From Planctomycetota bacterium (GTDB lineage Bacteria > Planctomycetota > B15-G4 > SIAN01), in assembly GCA_031409275.1 (NCBI GenBank), contig JANNXA010000049.1, forward strand, positions 91,575-155,574: a stretch of 64,000 bases of DNA. The letters run 5' to 3'. The notes under the pieces are model-generated. The model was not told the origin of the DNA, searched no databases, and saw only the letters and a list, made by a program, of their open reading frames with translations. Shown piece after piece: positions 49,056 to 58,665 of the stretch. Position 1 is the stretch's first letter. Each line of letters starts with the position of its first letter. The position numbers and the translations under genes were made by a program.

Positions 49056-50870
49056 ATGGCTGCAACTCGGAACGGATGGATCGTGGCGGGCACGTGCGCG
49101 CTGGCGCTCGCGTGGGGCTCCGCTGCATCGGCCCAGGTGCTGGGAGAGGGGCGCCCCACCAGCGGCGCCATCGACCAGGCCGCGATGATCACGCTCGACG
49201 TCAGCGAGCGCCCGCTCGAAGACGTGCTCGACCACATCCGCACCAAGGTCGGCGTCACGCTGATCTCGCCGGTGGGGGCCGAGGCGCGCGTCTCGATCAA
49301 GCTGCGCGACGTGCCGTGGTCGGAAGCGCTCGTGCTGATCGCCGAGAACGCCGGCTGCATCGCCACGCAGGAGACGCCCAAGCTCTGGCGCATCGAGAAG
49401 CCGCCGCGCGTGACCATGTCGTTCCAGGCCGAGGACATCAAGAAAGTCATCGAGGCGATCGCCAAGTACGGCAACGCCAACATCGTCGTGTCGGAGAAGG
49501 TCAAGGGCAACGTCACGATGGTCATCAACGACCGTCCGTGGCGCGATGCGCTCGAAGCCGTGATCAAGACCAACGGCTTCTACCTCGTGCAGGAAGACCG
49601 CGGCATCCTCCGCGTCGTCGACGAAGCCGGTCTCTCGACCCACGTCGAGCGCAAGCTGTTCCCGCTGCGCTACCTGCGGCCGAAGGGCTCCTACGTCGCG
49701 CGCATCGAGACCTCCTACATCGAGACGCGGCAGGAGGGCAAGGGCAGTGCCGGCGGTGCCGGTGGCCAATCGGTCGCCGAGCAGACCAAGCGCCGGTTCC
49801 CGCTGCTCGAGGCGCTCGAGAAGATGAAGAGCAAGGAAGGCGAGATCGACTACCTCGAGGACCAGAACGCGGTCCTTGTGCGTGACACCAAGCCGGTGCT
49901 CGACGAGATCGGCAAGTTCCTCGAGCGCCTCGACGTCGAGCCGGCGCAGATCCACATCGACGTTCGTTTCGTCACGACGACGAACAACGCGACGCGCGAC
50001 CTGTCCTTCGGCTTCGACAACGGCTTCAGCGTGTCGCTCTCCGGCGCGAGCCGCGCGAGCCGCTTCCCGTTCAACCTCGGCCCGGGCTCCTTCTTCGACA
50101 ACCTGCTGCCGGGTCGCACCGATGACAACGCGGCATTCGGCACCACCGGCAGCGCCGTGACGCCGGGCTCGCTCGACTTCTCGGCGACCTCCTTCGCGAT
50201 CCGCCTGATCAAGGAGGACAAGAGCGCGCAGATCATCCAGGCGCCGACCATCACCACGGTCGACCACCGCGAGGCGACCATCTTCGTCGGCGAACAGGTT
50301 CCGTACGCCGAGGCCGAGGCCGCTTCGAGCCAGTCGGGCGGTCTGCAGCTCACGATCAAGGAAGGCAAGTCCTCGCCGGTCGACACCGGCTTCCAGTTGC
50401 TGGTGATCCCGCACGTCGTTCCCGGCACCAACCGCGTGCTGATGAACGTGATCCCGCAGGCGCGCACGCTGACCGGCACCACCGATCCGGAGCACGCCGG
50501 CTTCGACCTCTTCACGGTCGGCGCGGGATCGGTCGGCAGCGGCTCGATCCAGTTGCCGCGGATCGGCGAGCAGACGATCGTCACCAACCTGATGCTCGAG
50601 AACGGCCAGACCGGCATCGTCGGCGGCCTCGTCCAGAACACCCAGTCGAAGACCGAGACCAAGGTCCCGGGGCTCGGCGACATTCCTTGGGTGGGGGAGC
50701 TGTTCAAGAGCTCGGTGGTGAACGACGAGGAGCGCAAGCTGCTGGTCTTCATCACGCCCTGGATCGTCGAGGGGTCGCAGAAGACCGACGACAAGCTGCA
50801 GAAGGTCATCGACAGCTACCAGAAGAACGCCGCGCTCGAGTGGGACGAGATGGCGACGGGTTCGAGCTGA
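49056..50870 (+). CDS. pilQ: Outer-membrane secretin (PilQ/GspD family)
   Basis: Signal peptide; two STN/N0-like repeats (DVPWSEAL, DRPWRDAL); APTITTVDHREATI, GQTGIVGGL, KVPGLGDIPWVGELFK, LLVFITP. Confidence 0.88.
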   Translation: MAATRNGWIVAGTCALALAWGSAASAQVLGEGRPTSGAIDQAAMITLDVSERPLEDVLDHIRTKVGVTLISPVGAEARVSIKLRDVPWSEALVLIAENAGCIATQETPKLWRIEKPPRVTMSFQAEDIKKVIEAIAKYGNANIVVSEKVKGNVTMVINDRPWRDALEAVIKTNGFYLVQEDRGILRVVDEAGLSTHVERKLFPLRYLRPKGSYVARIETSYIETRQEGKGSAGGAGGQSVAEQTKRRFPLLEALEKMKSKEGEIDYLEDQNAVLVRDTKPVLDEIGKFLERLDVEPAQIHIDVRFVTTTNNATRDLSFGFDNGFSVSLSGASRASRFPFNLGPGSFFDNLLPGRTDDNAAFGTTGSAVTPGSLDFSATSFAIRLIKEDKSAQIIQAPTITTVDHREATIFVGEQVPYAEAEAASSQSGGLQLTIKEGKSSPVDTGFQLLVIPHVVPGTNRVLMNVIPQARTLTGTTDPEHAGFDLFTVGAGSVGSGSIQLPRIGEQTIVTNLMLENGQTGIVGGLVQNTQSKTETKVPGLGDIPWVGELFKSSVVNDEERKLLVFITPWIVEGSQKTDDKLQKVIDSYQKNAALEWDEMATGSS

Positions 50871-50904
50871 ACGCCGCGCGCGCGACGCGAACCGAGTATC
50901 TTCC

Positions 50905-50945
50905 GACGCCCCTCGTCCTCGCGGACGGGGGGCGTCTTCGTTTTC
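50905..50945 (+). terminator. Rho-independent terminator after the secretin gene
   Basis: GACGCCCCTCGTCC-TCGC-GGACGGGGGGCGTC followed by TTCGTTTT. Confidence 0.8.
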
Positions 50946-50981
50946 GCCGCGCCGGGCGGCCCTCGCGTTCCAGAGGCGTGG

Positions 50982-51704
50982 ATGACTGCAGCCAAGCCCG
51001 AGTTCCCGCTGACGCTGATCGTGGAGAAGGGGGGCGAGCTCGCGTGGCTTGGCCACCTCGACGTGGCGCGCGCGCTCGATCGCGCCCTGCGTCGCGCGGA
51101 TCTTCCGGTGCGCTTCACCGAAGGTTTCCACAAGCGGATCAAGATGCGCCTGCCGGAGCCGTTGCCGCTCGGCGTCGGGTCCGATGGCGAGCGCTACATC
51201 CTGCAACTTTCCGGGCCGGTCGATCCGGCGGTGGCGCTCGCTCCGCTCTCGGGAGCGCTGCCGCGCGGCCTGAAAGTGGTCGACGTCCTGCCGGGGTCGC
51301 ACCCCGAGCGAAAGGACGTGCCGCTCACGCTCGACCTCGAGGCGGAGTCCGCGGCCGATCTCGCGGCGGCGCTGGCCGCATTGCCGCAGCCGCTCCCGGC
51401 GCTCGGAGGGCGCTGGGAAGTCGTCACGCCGGTGACGGCGCTTCCCGATGGAGGCAGCGCCACGGTGCTGCTGCTGGCGCCTCCGGGAGCGCGCGTCTCG
51501 GTCGGCCGTTTCCTCGAGTCGTTGCGGGCCGCGCTGCCGGCGGGGCTCGCGTTGCGACGCGTCCACCGTCGAGTCGCTTGGCAGGCCGCTGCCGGCTCGC
51601 TACCATCCCCGACCCCTTTTGTCCGGGAAGCCCCGGTCGCAGAGGGGCGAGTGGAATGGGACGGGACGGCGCCAACGCCGCCGTCGGTCGAACCGAGCAG
51701 CTAA
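50982..51704 (+). CDS. DUF2344/TIGR03936-like radical-SAM-linked protein
   Basis: KGGELAWLGHLD..RALRRADLPVRFTEGFH..PLPLGVGSDGE..LPRGL. Confidence 0.82.
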   Translation: MTAAKPEFPLTLIVEKGGELAWLGHLDVARALDRALRRADLPVRFTEGFHKRIKMRLPEPLPLGVGSDGERYILQLSGPVDPAVALAPLSGALPRGLKVVDVLPGSHPERKDVPLTLDLEAESAADLAAALAALPQPLPALGGRWEVVTPVTALPDGGSATVLLLAPPGARVSVGRFLESLRAALPAGLALRRVHRRVAWQAAAGSLPSPTPFVREAPVAEGRVEWDGTAPTPPSVEPSS

Positions 51705-51716
51705 GGAAGATCCGAT

Positions 51717-52016
51717 ATGTACGCCGTGATCGAAGCGAGCGGCCACCAGTTCAAGGTGAGCCAGGGCGACGTCATCGAGATCGATGGCAAGGACAAGAAG
51801 GTCGGCGACGAGGTCGCGTTCGACCGAGTCCTGATCCTCGGCGACAAGCTGGGGACGCCGACGGTGACCGGAGCGAAGGTGACCGGCAAGGTCGTCTTCG
51901 CCGGCAAGGGCCCGAAGATCTACGTCCAGAAATATCGCGCCCGCAAGCAGTTCCGTCGGCGGACCGGGTTCCGGGCGTCGCTCTGCAAGATCAAGATCAC
52001 CGGCATCACGGGTTGA
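51717..52016 (+). CDS. rplU: 50S ribosomal protein L21
   Basis: MYAVIEASGHQFKV, GTPTV.GAKV, KGPKI; precedes rpmA. Confidence 0.93.
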   Translation: MYAVIEASGHQFKVSQGDVIEIDGKDKKVGDEVAFDRVLILGDKLGTPTVTGAKVTGKVVFAGKGPKIYVQKYRARKQFRRRTGFRASLCKIKITGITG

Positions 52017-52079
52017 TGCGGTTCGCACCGCGCTTCAACCCGTCGAAATCGCTGAGACAACCGGAAGGCAGCTGAAGAC

Positions 52080-52334
52080 ATGGCACACAAGAAGGGTCAG
52101 GGCTCTACCCGCAACGGCCGCGACTCCAATCCGCAGTACCGCGGCGTCAAGGCCTACGCCGGCGAGACCGTCGGGATCGGCGCGATCATCGTCCGCCAGG
52201 TCGGCAACCGGATCCACGCTGCCGCCAACGTCGGCACCGGTCGCGACTTCACCCTGTTCGCCCTCAAGGCGGGCAAGGTCAAGTTCCTGTCGCGCAAGCG
52301 CGTCACGGTCGAGCCGATCGAGGGGTCGAACTGA
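52080..52334 (+). CDS. rpmA: 50S ribosomal protein L27
   Basis: [29 protein letters not shown]. Confidence 0.98.
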   Translation: MAHKKGQGSTRNGRDSNPQYRGVKAYAGETVGIGAIIVRQVGNRIHAAANVGTGRDFTLFALKAGKVKFLSRKRVTVEPIEGSN

Positions 52335-52501
52335 ACCGATCGCAGTGGCGCGGACGGTCCTCCGTCCGCCGCTCGCGACGTTGCGGCGGGAGCGGAGCCT
52401 CCGACACCACGGCGGCGCCAGCTCCCGTCTCCGTTTCTCGGGCGCGTCGATGCGCCCCTCCGGCGCGTTTGCGCGCGCCTTCCCTGTCGTGACGTGACGC
52501 C

Positions 52502-53518
52502 ATGCCGTTCCTGGATGAAGTTGAAGTCGAGTTGTTCGCGGGCAAGGGTGGGCAAGGCGCCGTTTCGTTCGCCCGCGAGAAGCACATGCCGCGCGGCGGG
52601 CCCGACGGCGGCAACGGCGGCCGCGGCGGCGACATCTTCCTGGTCGCACGCACGCGTCGAAACACCTTCGACGACCTGAAGGGGAAACGCCATTTCCGGG
52701 CCGGCAACGGCGGTCCTGGCACGGCCAACCAGCGCGCGGGCAAGGCCGGCGCCGATCTCTACATCGAACTCCCGGTCGGCACCATCGTGCGCGATGCGGT
52801 GCGCGGCCATGTCCTCGTCGAGCTGCTCGAAGCGGATCAGGAAGTTGCGTTCCTGAAGGGCGGCCGCGGTGGCCGCGGCAACCACTCCTTCAAGGGACCC
52901 GAGCGCCAGACGCCCCGCAACAGCGAGCCGGGCGACGAGGGCGAGACGCGTCGCATCCGGATGGAGCTGCGGCTCCTCGCCGACGCGGGGCTGGTCGGGC
53001 TGCCCAATGCCGGCAAGTCGACGTTGCTTGCGGCGCTTTCGCATGCACGACCGAAGGTCGCCGACTACCCCTTCACGACTCTGCAGCCGCGCATCGGCGT
53101 CGTCGAACGCGACTTCGAGCAGCTCACCCTCGCGGACCTGCCCGGCCTGATCGAAGGGGCGAGCGATGGCAAGGGGCTCGGCCACCAGTTCCTGAAGCAC
53201 GTCGAACGCACGCGCGTCCTCGTCCATCTGGTCGACGCCTCGAGCGGTGACGCCGAGTCGATCGTCGCGCAGTGGAAGCTGGTGCGAGCCGAGCTCGAAG
53301 CGTACGGCGACCGCATCGCGAACAAGGCCGAACTGCTGATCTTGTCGAAGTCCGACCTGTGCACCGAGCCGCCCCCGGTCGCCGAGGTGGCTCGCCTCAC
53401 CGGCCGCGTGCCGCTCGTCCTCTCCTCGCACACCAAGCAAGGACTCGACGAGCTCGCCGCGCGCCTCTTCGAGATGGTCGCCGTCAAACCCGCCGCGGCC
53501 AAGCCGACCGAGAGCTGA
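52502..53518 (+). CDS. obgE: GTPase ObgE/CgtA
   Basis: GGPDGGNGGRGG, GLPNAGKST, YPFTT, DLPGLIEGA, FLKHVER. Confidence 0.97.
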   Translation: MPFLDEVEVELFAGKGGQGAVSFAREKHMPRGGPDGGNGGRGGDIFLVARTRRNTFDDLKGKRHFRAGNGGPGTANQRAGKAGADLYIELPVGTIVRDAVRGHVLVELLEADQEVAFLKGGRGGRGNHSFKGPERQTPRNSEPGDEGETRRIRMELRLLADAGLVGLPNAGKSTLLAALSHARPKVADYPFTTLQPRIGVVERDFEQLTLADLPGLIEGASDGKGLGHQFLKHVERTRVLVHLVDASSGDAESIVAQWKLVRAELEAYGDRIANKAELLILSKSDLCTEPPPVAEVARLTGRVPLVLSSHTKQGLDELAARLFEMVAVKPAAAKPTES

Positions 53519-53669
53519 GCGGCGCGCCCCGCTCCGGCGGGTTCCGACGAGAAGCGACTTCCCGCTCGGGAAGAGGCGGTCGGCCAGCGCCTCAAGCCCT
53601 GCGCCCGGCGCAGACGATCGAGAATCGGGCTGCCGATTCGCGGCTCCTTCCCTTCGCTGGAGCGCGCCG

Positions 53670-54743
53670 ATGGAGTTGCTCGATCTGCTCGAGTCGATGG
53701 TGGAGCAGCGGGCGCCCGACCTGATCCTGAAGGTCGGGGCGCGGCCCACGATGCGAGCGCGCGGCGGACTGATCCAGCTCGCCGAAGAGGAACTCACCCG
53801 CGACTTCCTGCTGCGGGTGGTGGCGTCGCTGCTCGACGATCGCCGGATGGAGACCTTCGTGCGCGGCACCGAGGTCGACCTCGCCTACGAGGTCGCCGGC
53901 CTTGCGCGCTTCCGCGTCAACGTCTTCCACCAGATGGGCATGCCGGCCGTCGTCTTCCGCCACATCAACGCCGAAGTGCCGACGTTCGCCGAGCTGAACC
54001 TGCCAGCCGAGCAGCTCGTGAAGCTCGCCTCGTTGCGGCGCGGTCTCGTGCTGGCCACCGGTGTCGCCGGCTCCGGCAAGTCGACCACGCTCGCCGCGAT
54101 GATCGAGCACATGAACCAGCATCAGGGTCGCCACATCGTCACGATCGAGGACCCGGTCGAGTTCCTCTTCACCGACAAGCAGTGCGTCATCTCGCAGCGC
54201 GAGATCGGCTCCGATACGGCGGACTTCTCCACCGCCATCAAGTACGCGCTGCGTCAGGCGCCCGACGTCATCGTCATCGGCGAGATGCGCGACCGGGCGA
54301 CGGTCGAGGCCGCGGTCAATGCGGCCGAGACGGGCCACCTCGTGCTCTCGACCTTCCACACCATCAATGCGGTGCAGACGGTCGAGCGCATCCTCTCGTT
54401 CTTCCCCGAGCACCAGCACCAGCTCGTGCGCCTGCAGTTGTCGATGGTGCTGTCGGGCGTCGTCTCGTTGCGGTTGCTGAACTCGATGGACGGCCAGTCG
54501 CGCATTCCGGCCGTGGAACTGCTGCTGCCGACGCCGACCGTCCGCGAGATGCTGAAGCAGGGGCGCACCGACGAGCTGCCGAAGGCGCTCGCGTCGGACA
54601 CGTTCTTCGGGACCATGACCTTCGCGCAGAGCCTCCAGAAGCTCTACACCAGCGGCAAGATCGCGATGCAGGACGCGATCGCCTCCGCCGACAACCCCGA
54701 CGAACTCAAGCTCGCCTTCGCGGGCGTCTCGCGCGGGCTATAG
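53670..54743 (+). CDS. PilT/PilU family retraction ATPase (PilU-like paralog)
   Basis: GVAGSGKST, TIEDPVE, QREIG, ALRQAPDVIVIGEMRD, AETGHLVLSTFH; AIRNLIRE helix diverged to TVREMLKQ. Confidence 0.9.
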   Translation: MELLDLLESMVEQRAPDLILKVGARPTMRARGGLIQLAEEELTRDFLLRVVASLLDDRRMETFVRGTEVDLAYEVAGLARFRVNVFHQMGMPAVVFRHINAEVPTFAELNLPAEQLVKLASLRRGLVLATGVAGSGKSTTLAAMIEHMNQHQGRHIVTIEDPVEFLFTDKQCVISQREIGSDTADFSTAIKYALRQAPDVIVIGEMRDRATVEAAVNAAETGHLVLSTFHTINAVQTVERILSFFPEHQHQLVRLQLSMVLSGVVSLRLLNSMDGQSRIPAVELLLPTPTVREMLKQGRTDELPKALASDTFFGTMTFAQSLQKLYTSGKIAMQDAIASADNPDELKLAFAGVSRGL

Positions 54744-54920
54744 GAGGGCGGGTCAGGCGGTGCCGGATGGGAGCGGCGTTTCGCCGGCGGGAAGGCGCCG
54801 CGTCGGCGGTCGTCCAACCGGCGTCGCTTCCGCCGGGGGCACCCCCCCGATAGGCTCCCGCCCTTCGAGGCGCGCTCCGGCGGCGACCGTCGCGATCTCG
54901 CGGCGCTCTGACGTCGGAGC

Positions 54921-55967
54921 GTGAGGCACATGGCGGCTCTCGCAATGCAGATGCAAGTACGGCAGTGGCGCGGCCTCTTCTGGGTGGCGACGGTGGGGCT
55001 CACCTGCCTCGCCGGCTTCAAGCTCTGGAAGATCGTCGAACGCGATCGCTCCGGCCAGTACGAGCCGCGCGACACCACGGTCTTCGCCAAGCTGATCAAC
55101 GACTCGATCGGTTCGATCAACCAGGGCGAAGTGAAGGTCGCCTCCTGGAGCGACTACACCAAGCTGGTCAGCTGCCCATTCAACGGCTTCGTGCCGGAGA
55201 AGAAGGTCGAGGCGGTCAAGGGGCCCGAAGCGCCGGTCGCGCTGCCGGAGAAGCCGCTCTCCGACGTCATCAAGGTCATGGCGCTCGCTTCGGCGCCCGA
55301 CGGCCGCGGCCGCGTGGTGGTGAAGTACAAGGACGACACCGTCAAGCCGGTGCGCGATGAACTCGTGATCGGGATCGGTGGCCAGCTCACCTATCCGTAC
55401 GACGGCGAGCCCTACAACGGCCGTCTGAAGGCGATCCGCGCCGACGCGGCCGTCTTCGAGTGGTGCGGCAAGGACGTCGACATCCATCCGATGCGCAAGG
55501 AAGAGGGGCCGAAGACGGCCGCTGGGCCGGAAGGCGCCGCCAAGGTCAGCGTCGACGTCACGCTCAGCGAGACCGAAAAGGAGTTGCTCGCCGCTCACAA
55601 GAGCAGCGAGAAAACGGTCGCCCTTCCGAACGACGGCGGCTACGTCATCGGAACCAAGGATCAGGCCGACCTCGCCAACAACGCCGAGGCGTACCTGAAG
55701 GACGCGAAGCTCACCGAGCAGAAGAACGCGGACGGCAAGCGCGAGCTCGTGGTCGGGAACATCCGACCGACCAGCTACCTCGGCAAGACCTACGGCGTCC
55801 AGACCGGCGACACGTTGATTTCGATCAACGGCGAGCCGGTGGCGACCAAGGCGCAGGGTTACGCCTACGTGCGCGAGCACCAGGACCTCTCGAAGTACGT
55901 GGTCGTCGTGCGGCGCAAGGGCAAAGAGATCAGCAAGACGATCCTGGTCAACCGCGAGAAGAACTGA
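54921..55967 (+). CDS. Single-TM periplasmic protein with C-terminal PDZ domain (GspC-like architecture)
   Basis: N-terminal TM; HR-like beta segment LKAIRADAAVFE; PDZ-like YGVQTGDTLISINGEPV..VVVRRKGK; start uncertain. Confidence 0.65.
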   Translation: MRHMAALAMQMQVRQWRGLFWVATVGLTCLAGFKLWKIVERDRSGQYEPRDTTVFAKLINDSIGSINQGEVKVASWSDYTKLVSCPFNGFVPEKKVEAVKGPEAPVALPEKPLSDVIKVMALASAPDGRGRVVVKYKDDTVKPVRDELVIGIGGQLTYPYDGEPYNGRLKAIRADAAVFEWCGKDVDIHPMRKEEGPKTAAGPEGAAKVSVDVTLSETEKELLAAHKSSEKTVALPNDGGYVIGTKDQADLANNAEAYLKDAKLTEQKNADGKRELVVGNIRPTSYLGKTYGVQTGDTLISINGEPVATKAQGYAYVREHQDLSKYVVVVRRKGKEISKTILVNREKN

Positions 55968-56792
55968 GTGGAGCGGGCGCCGGGAATCGTGGCGCCCGAG
56001 TCGATCCTCGCGTTCGACGTCGGCAACACGAGTGTCGCTGCGGCCCTCTTCGACGTCGTCGCGGGGGGCGGCGCTGATCTGCGCGCCATCGCCGCTACGC
56101 CGCGTTGCGCGCTCCACCGCGTGCGCAGCGGCGATGCCGAGACCGAGCTCGCCTTCTGGCAGGCCACAACGCGTTCGTGGGCGCCGGCGCGGCTCACGAT
56201 CGGCGCGGTCCATCGCTTCGGAGCCGAGCTCGCGACGCGCCTTCGCGCGGCGCTGCCCGCGGCACCGCTCCTCGCTTTCGAGCAGGGCAGGCACTTCCCG
56301 CTGGCGCGAGATCTCGACGAGCCGGGAGGCGCTGGCGTCGATCGCCTCGCGGCGGCGCGCGCCGCGTTCGCGCTGGCGAAAGGGGCCGCGCTGATCGTCA
56401 ATGCCGGCACGGCGATCACGGTCGACTGGATCGACGCGAGCGGCACGTTTCGCGGCGGCGCCATCGTTCCGGGTCGCGCCCTGCAAGCGCGCGCGCTGCG
56501 GCTCTTCACCGATCGGCTGCCGGAGGTCGCGCCGTGGTCGGCGCCCGAATCGTTGCCGCTTCCCGGCAGGAACAGCGAGCAGGCGATCCGCCACGGGCTC
56601 GACGTCGGCGTGCCGGGGATGGTCGATCGGCTGCTGACGACGCTCCTGGCGCGCGCCGGAACGACGTTGCCGATCTTCGTCAGCGGCGGCGACGCGACCT
56701 GGCTCTCGCCGCGCCTGGCGTCGGCTCATCGAGTGGAGCCTTGGCTGGTCGCGCGCGGACTCGCGCTGGCCGCGATGGAGTCGGCGCCGTGA
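55968..56792 (+). CDS. coaX: Type III pantothenate kinase
   Basis: FDVGNTS, GVDR, VNAGTAITVD, FRGGAIVPG, SGGDA. Confidence 0.92.
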   Translation: MERAPGIVAPESILAFDVGNTSVAAALFDVVAGGGADLRAIAATPRCALHRVRSGDAETELAFWQATTRSWAPARLTIGAVHRFGAELATRLRAALPAAPLLAFEQGRHFPLARDLDEPGGAGVDRLAAARAAFALAKGAALIVNAGTAITVDWIDASGTFRGGAIVPGRALQARALRLFTDRLPEVAPWSAPESLPLPGRNSEQAIRHGLDVGVPGMVDRLLTTLLARAGTTLPIFVSGGDATWLSPRLASAHRVEPWLVARGLALAAMESAP

Positions 56793-57628
56793 GGCGGCAC
56801 CTCGCCACGATCGCCCTCGTCACCCTCGTCGCGCTGGCGAACTGTGCGCCGACCCCTTTGAAAGTGGTCGCGGCGATCCCCGGGCACGGTGCCGGCTTGC
56901 GCCTCAACGAGGCGATCGTCATCACCTTCGATCGTCCGCTCGAACCGGGCTCGCTCACCGCGGACGCGGCGCGTCTGGTGCGCGGGCAGGACGGTGGCGT
57001 GGTCGCCGGCCGTTTTCTCGTCGAGGGGGCAACGCTTCGCTTCGAGCCGCGCGTCCCCTGTGCCGCCGACCTCCACGATGCGCCCTTCGCTCCCGGCGAG
57101 AATCTGCGCCTCGAGCTGATCGGTTTGCCGCGCCTGGTCGGCGTGCGTGCGCTCGATGGGAGCGCGCTCGACGGTGGCGTGGCGCTCGCAGTGACCGCCG
57201 TGACGACCGTCGTCGATTGGCGCACCGCGCCGCTGGCGACGCTCTTCGTCGATCCGCAGCCGGGTCCCCCGGAGCTGCTCACCCGACCGGCGCGGCTCAC
57301 GCAGGGGCGCATCGTGCTGCGCTTCAGCGAACCGCTCGATCCGCGGGGGCTCGCGGCGGCGCACTTCTGGCTGCACGGCCCGTGGAGCCGGGCGAGCCAT
57401 CCGTCCGAAAACCCCGGCATGAGCGCTCGTCTGGTCGAGAACACGGGGAACGCGGTGGTCGAGCTCGAACTGGCCGCCGGGGTGCCGCTGCCGAGTCCCT
57501 TGGCGGTCGGCGAGAGCTGCGATCTGCGGCTCGAGCCCGATTCGCTGCGCGATCTCGGGGGCGCGTCACTGGTTCAGAACGGGCGGCTCGCCGACCCATA
57601 CGTCCGCGTCGAAGTCGCGGGCGACTGA
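56789..57628 (+). CDS. Putative lipoprotein with two bacterial Ig-like (Big_5-type) domains
   Basis: GTGA overlap; lipobox LANC; IVITFDRPLEP, LRFEP, VLRFSEPLDP, LRDLGG. Confidence 0.65.
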   Translation: MRRHLATIALVTLVALANCAPTPLKVVAAIPGHGAGLRLNEAIVITFDRPLEPGSLTADAARLVRGQDGGVVAGRFLVEGATLRFEPRVPCAADLHDAPFAPGENLRLELIGLPRLVGVRALDGSALDGGVALAVTAVTTVVDWRTAPLATLFVDPQPGPPELLTRPARLTQGRIVLRFSEPLDPRGLAAAHFWLHGPWSRASHPSENPGMSARLVENTGNAVVELELAAGVPLPSPLAVGESCDLRLEPDSLRDLGGASLVQNGRLADPYVRVEVAGD

Positions 57629-57651
57629 AGCTCCGCGCAGGAAGGAACTCT

Positions 57652-58665
57652 GTGCTCGACGTCGCGATCGCATTGCCGCTGCTGCTTGGACTGTTCGGGG
57701 CGTGCGTCGGCTCGTTCCTGAACGTGGTCATCTACCGGCTGCCGCGCGAAGAGCTCTCGATCTCGAAACCGTCGCGCAGCTTCTGCCCGAACTGCAAGCG
57801 GCAGATCCCGTGGATCGAGAACGTGCCGCTGCTGGCGTGGGTCTTCCTCGGCGGAAAATGCCGCGGCTGCAAGGGCGAGATCGCATTTCGCTACGTCTTC
57901 GTCGAAGCGCTGACGGCGCTGCTCTTCGCGTACTGCGGCCACTGGTTCCTGGAACGCCATGGTGGCAGCGGCGGTGAGGGGTGGTGGGCTCTCTTCACGC
58001 TGCTGCTCCTGTCGGCGATCTGCGTCGTCGTCACCTACATCGACCTCGACTGGCGGATCATCCCGGACGAGATCACGCTGCCCGGACTCGCCGTCGGAGT
58101 GGCGCTGTCGCTGGCGGCGCCCCTGCTGCACGAGCCTTCCTGGCTCTACCAGCAGTTCGTCGGGCTGGCGTGGGAGCGCCACGTCGCGGCGCTGGCATCG
58201 GCGTTGGCCGGCCTGATCGTCGGTGGCGGCGCGCTCTGGCTGGTGGGGATCGCCGGCCGCGCGGTCTTCAAGCCGAAGGAGGGCGGCGAGGCGACGGACG
58301 CGATGGGGTTTGGCGACGTGAAGTTCATGGCGGCGGTAGGGACGCTGCTTGGCGCCGACGGAGTGCTGCTGGTTTTCTTCGTCGGCTGCGTGGCGGGGTC
58401 GCTCGGGGGCGTCGGCAATTGGCTGCTCGGGCTCCCTGAAGTGCTCTCCGACGTCGGTCGCCATGCGCGCCGGCACGGCAAGCGCGGCGGATACCGGGTG
58501 GCGACCGCGATGCGGGTCGGCTGGCGGCGCCGCCGCTTCATCCCGTTCGGGCCATTCCTCTCGATCGGAGTGCTGGCCGTCGCCTTCTGGCGGCTGGAGC
58601 TGGTCGATTTCCTGCTCCACGACTGGCCGCGCCTGGTGCAGAGCCTGTTCCGACCGCGCGGTTGA
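57652..58665 (+). CDS. pilD: Prepilin peptidase/N-methyltransferase
   Basis: GSFLNVVIYRLP, SFCPNC, GKCRGC, IDLDWRIIPD, MGFGDVK, IPFGPFL. Confidence 0.95.
   Translation: MLDVAIALPLLLGLFGACVGSFLNVVIYRLPREELSISKPSRSFCPNCKRQIPWIENVPLLAWVFLGGKCRGCKGEIAFRYVFVEALTALLFAYCGHWFLERHGGSGGEGWWALFTLLLLSAICVVVTYIDLDWRIIPDEITLPGLAVGVALSLAAPLLHEPSWLYQQFVGLAWERHVAALASALAGLIVGGGALWLVGIAGRAVFKPKEGGEATDAMGFGDVKFMAAVGTLLGADGVLLVFFVGCVAGSLGGVGNWLLGLPEVLSDVGRHARRHGKRGGYRVATAMRVGWRRRRFIPFGPFLSIGVLAVAFWRLELVDFLLHDWPRLVQSLFRPRG

Noticed and set aside
48855..51566. 903-aa minus-strand ORF and many similar long Arg/Ala-rich alternative ORFs (e.g. 16429-19068, 59713-61974, 41942-44095)
   Set aside because: They overlap well-supported genes and have the low-complexity composition typical of off-frame translation in high-GC DNA.
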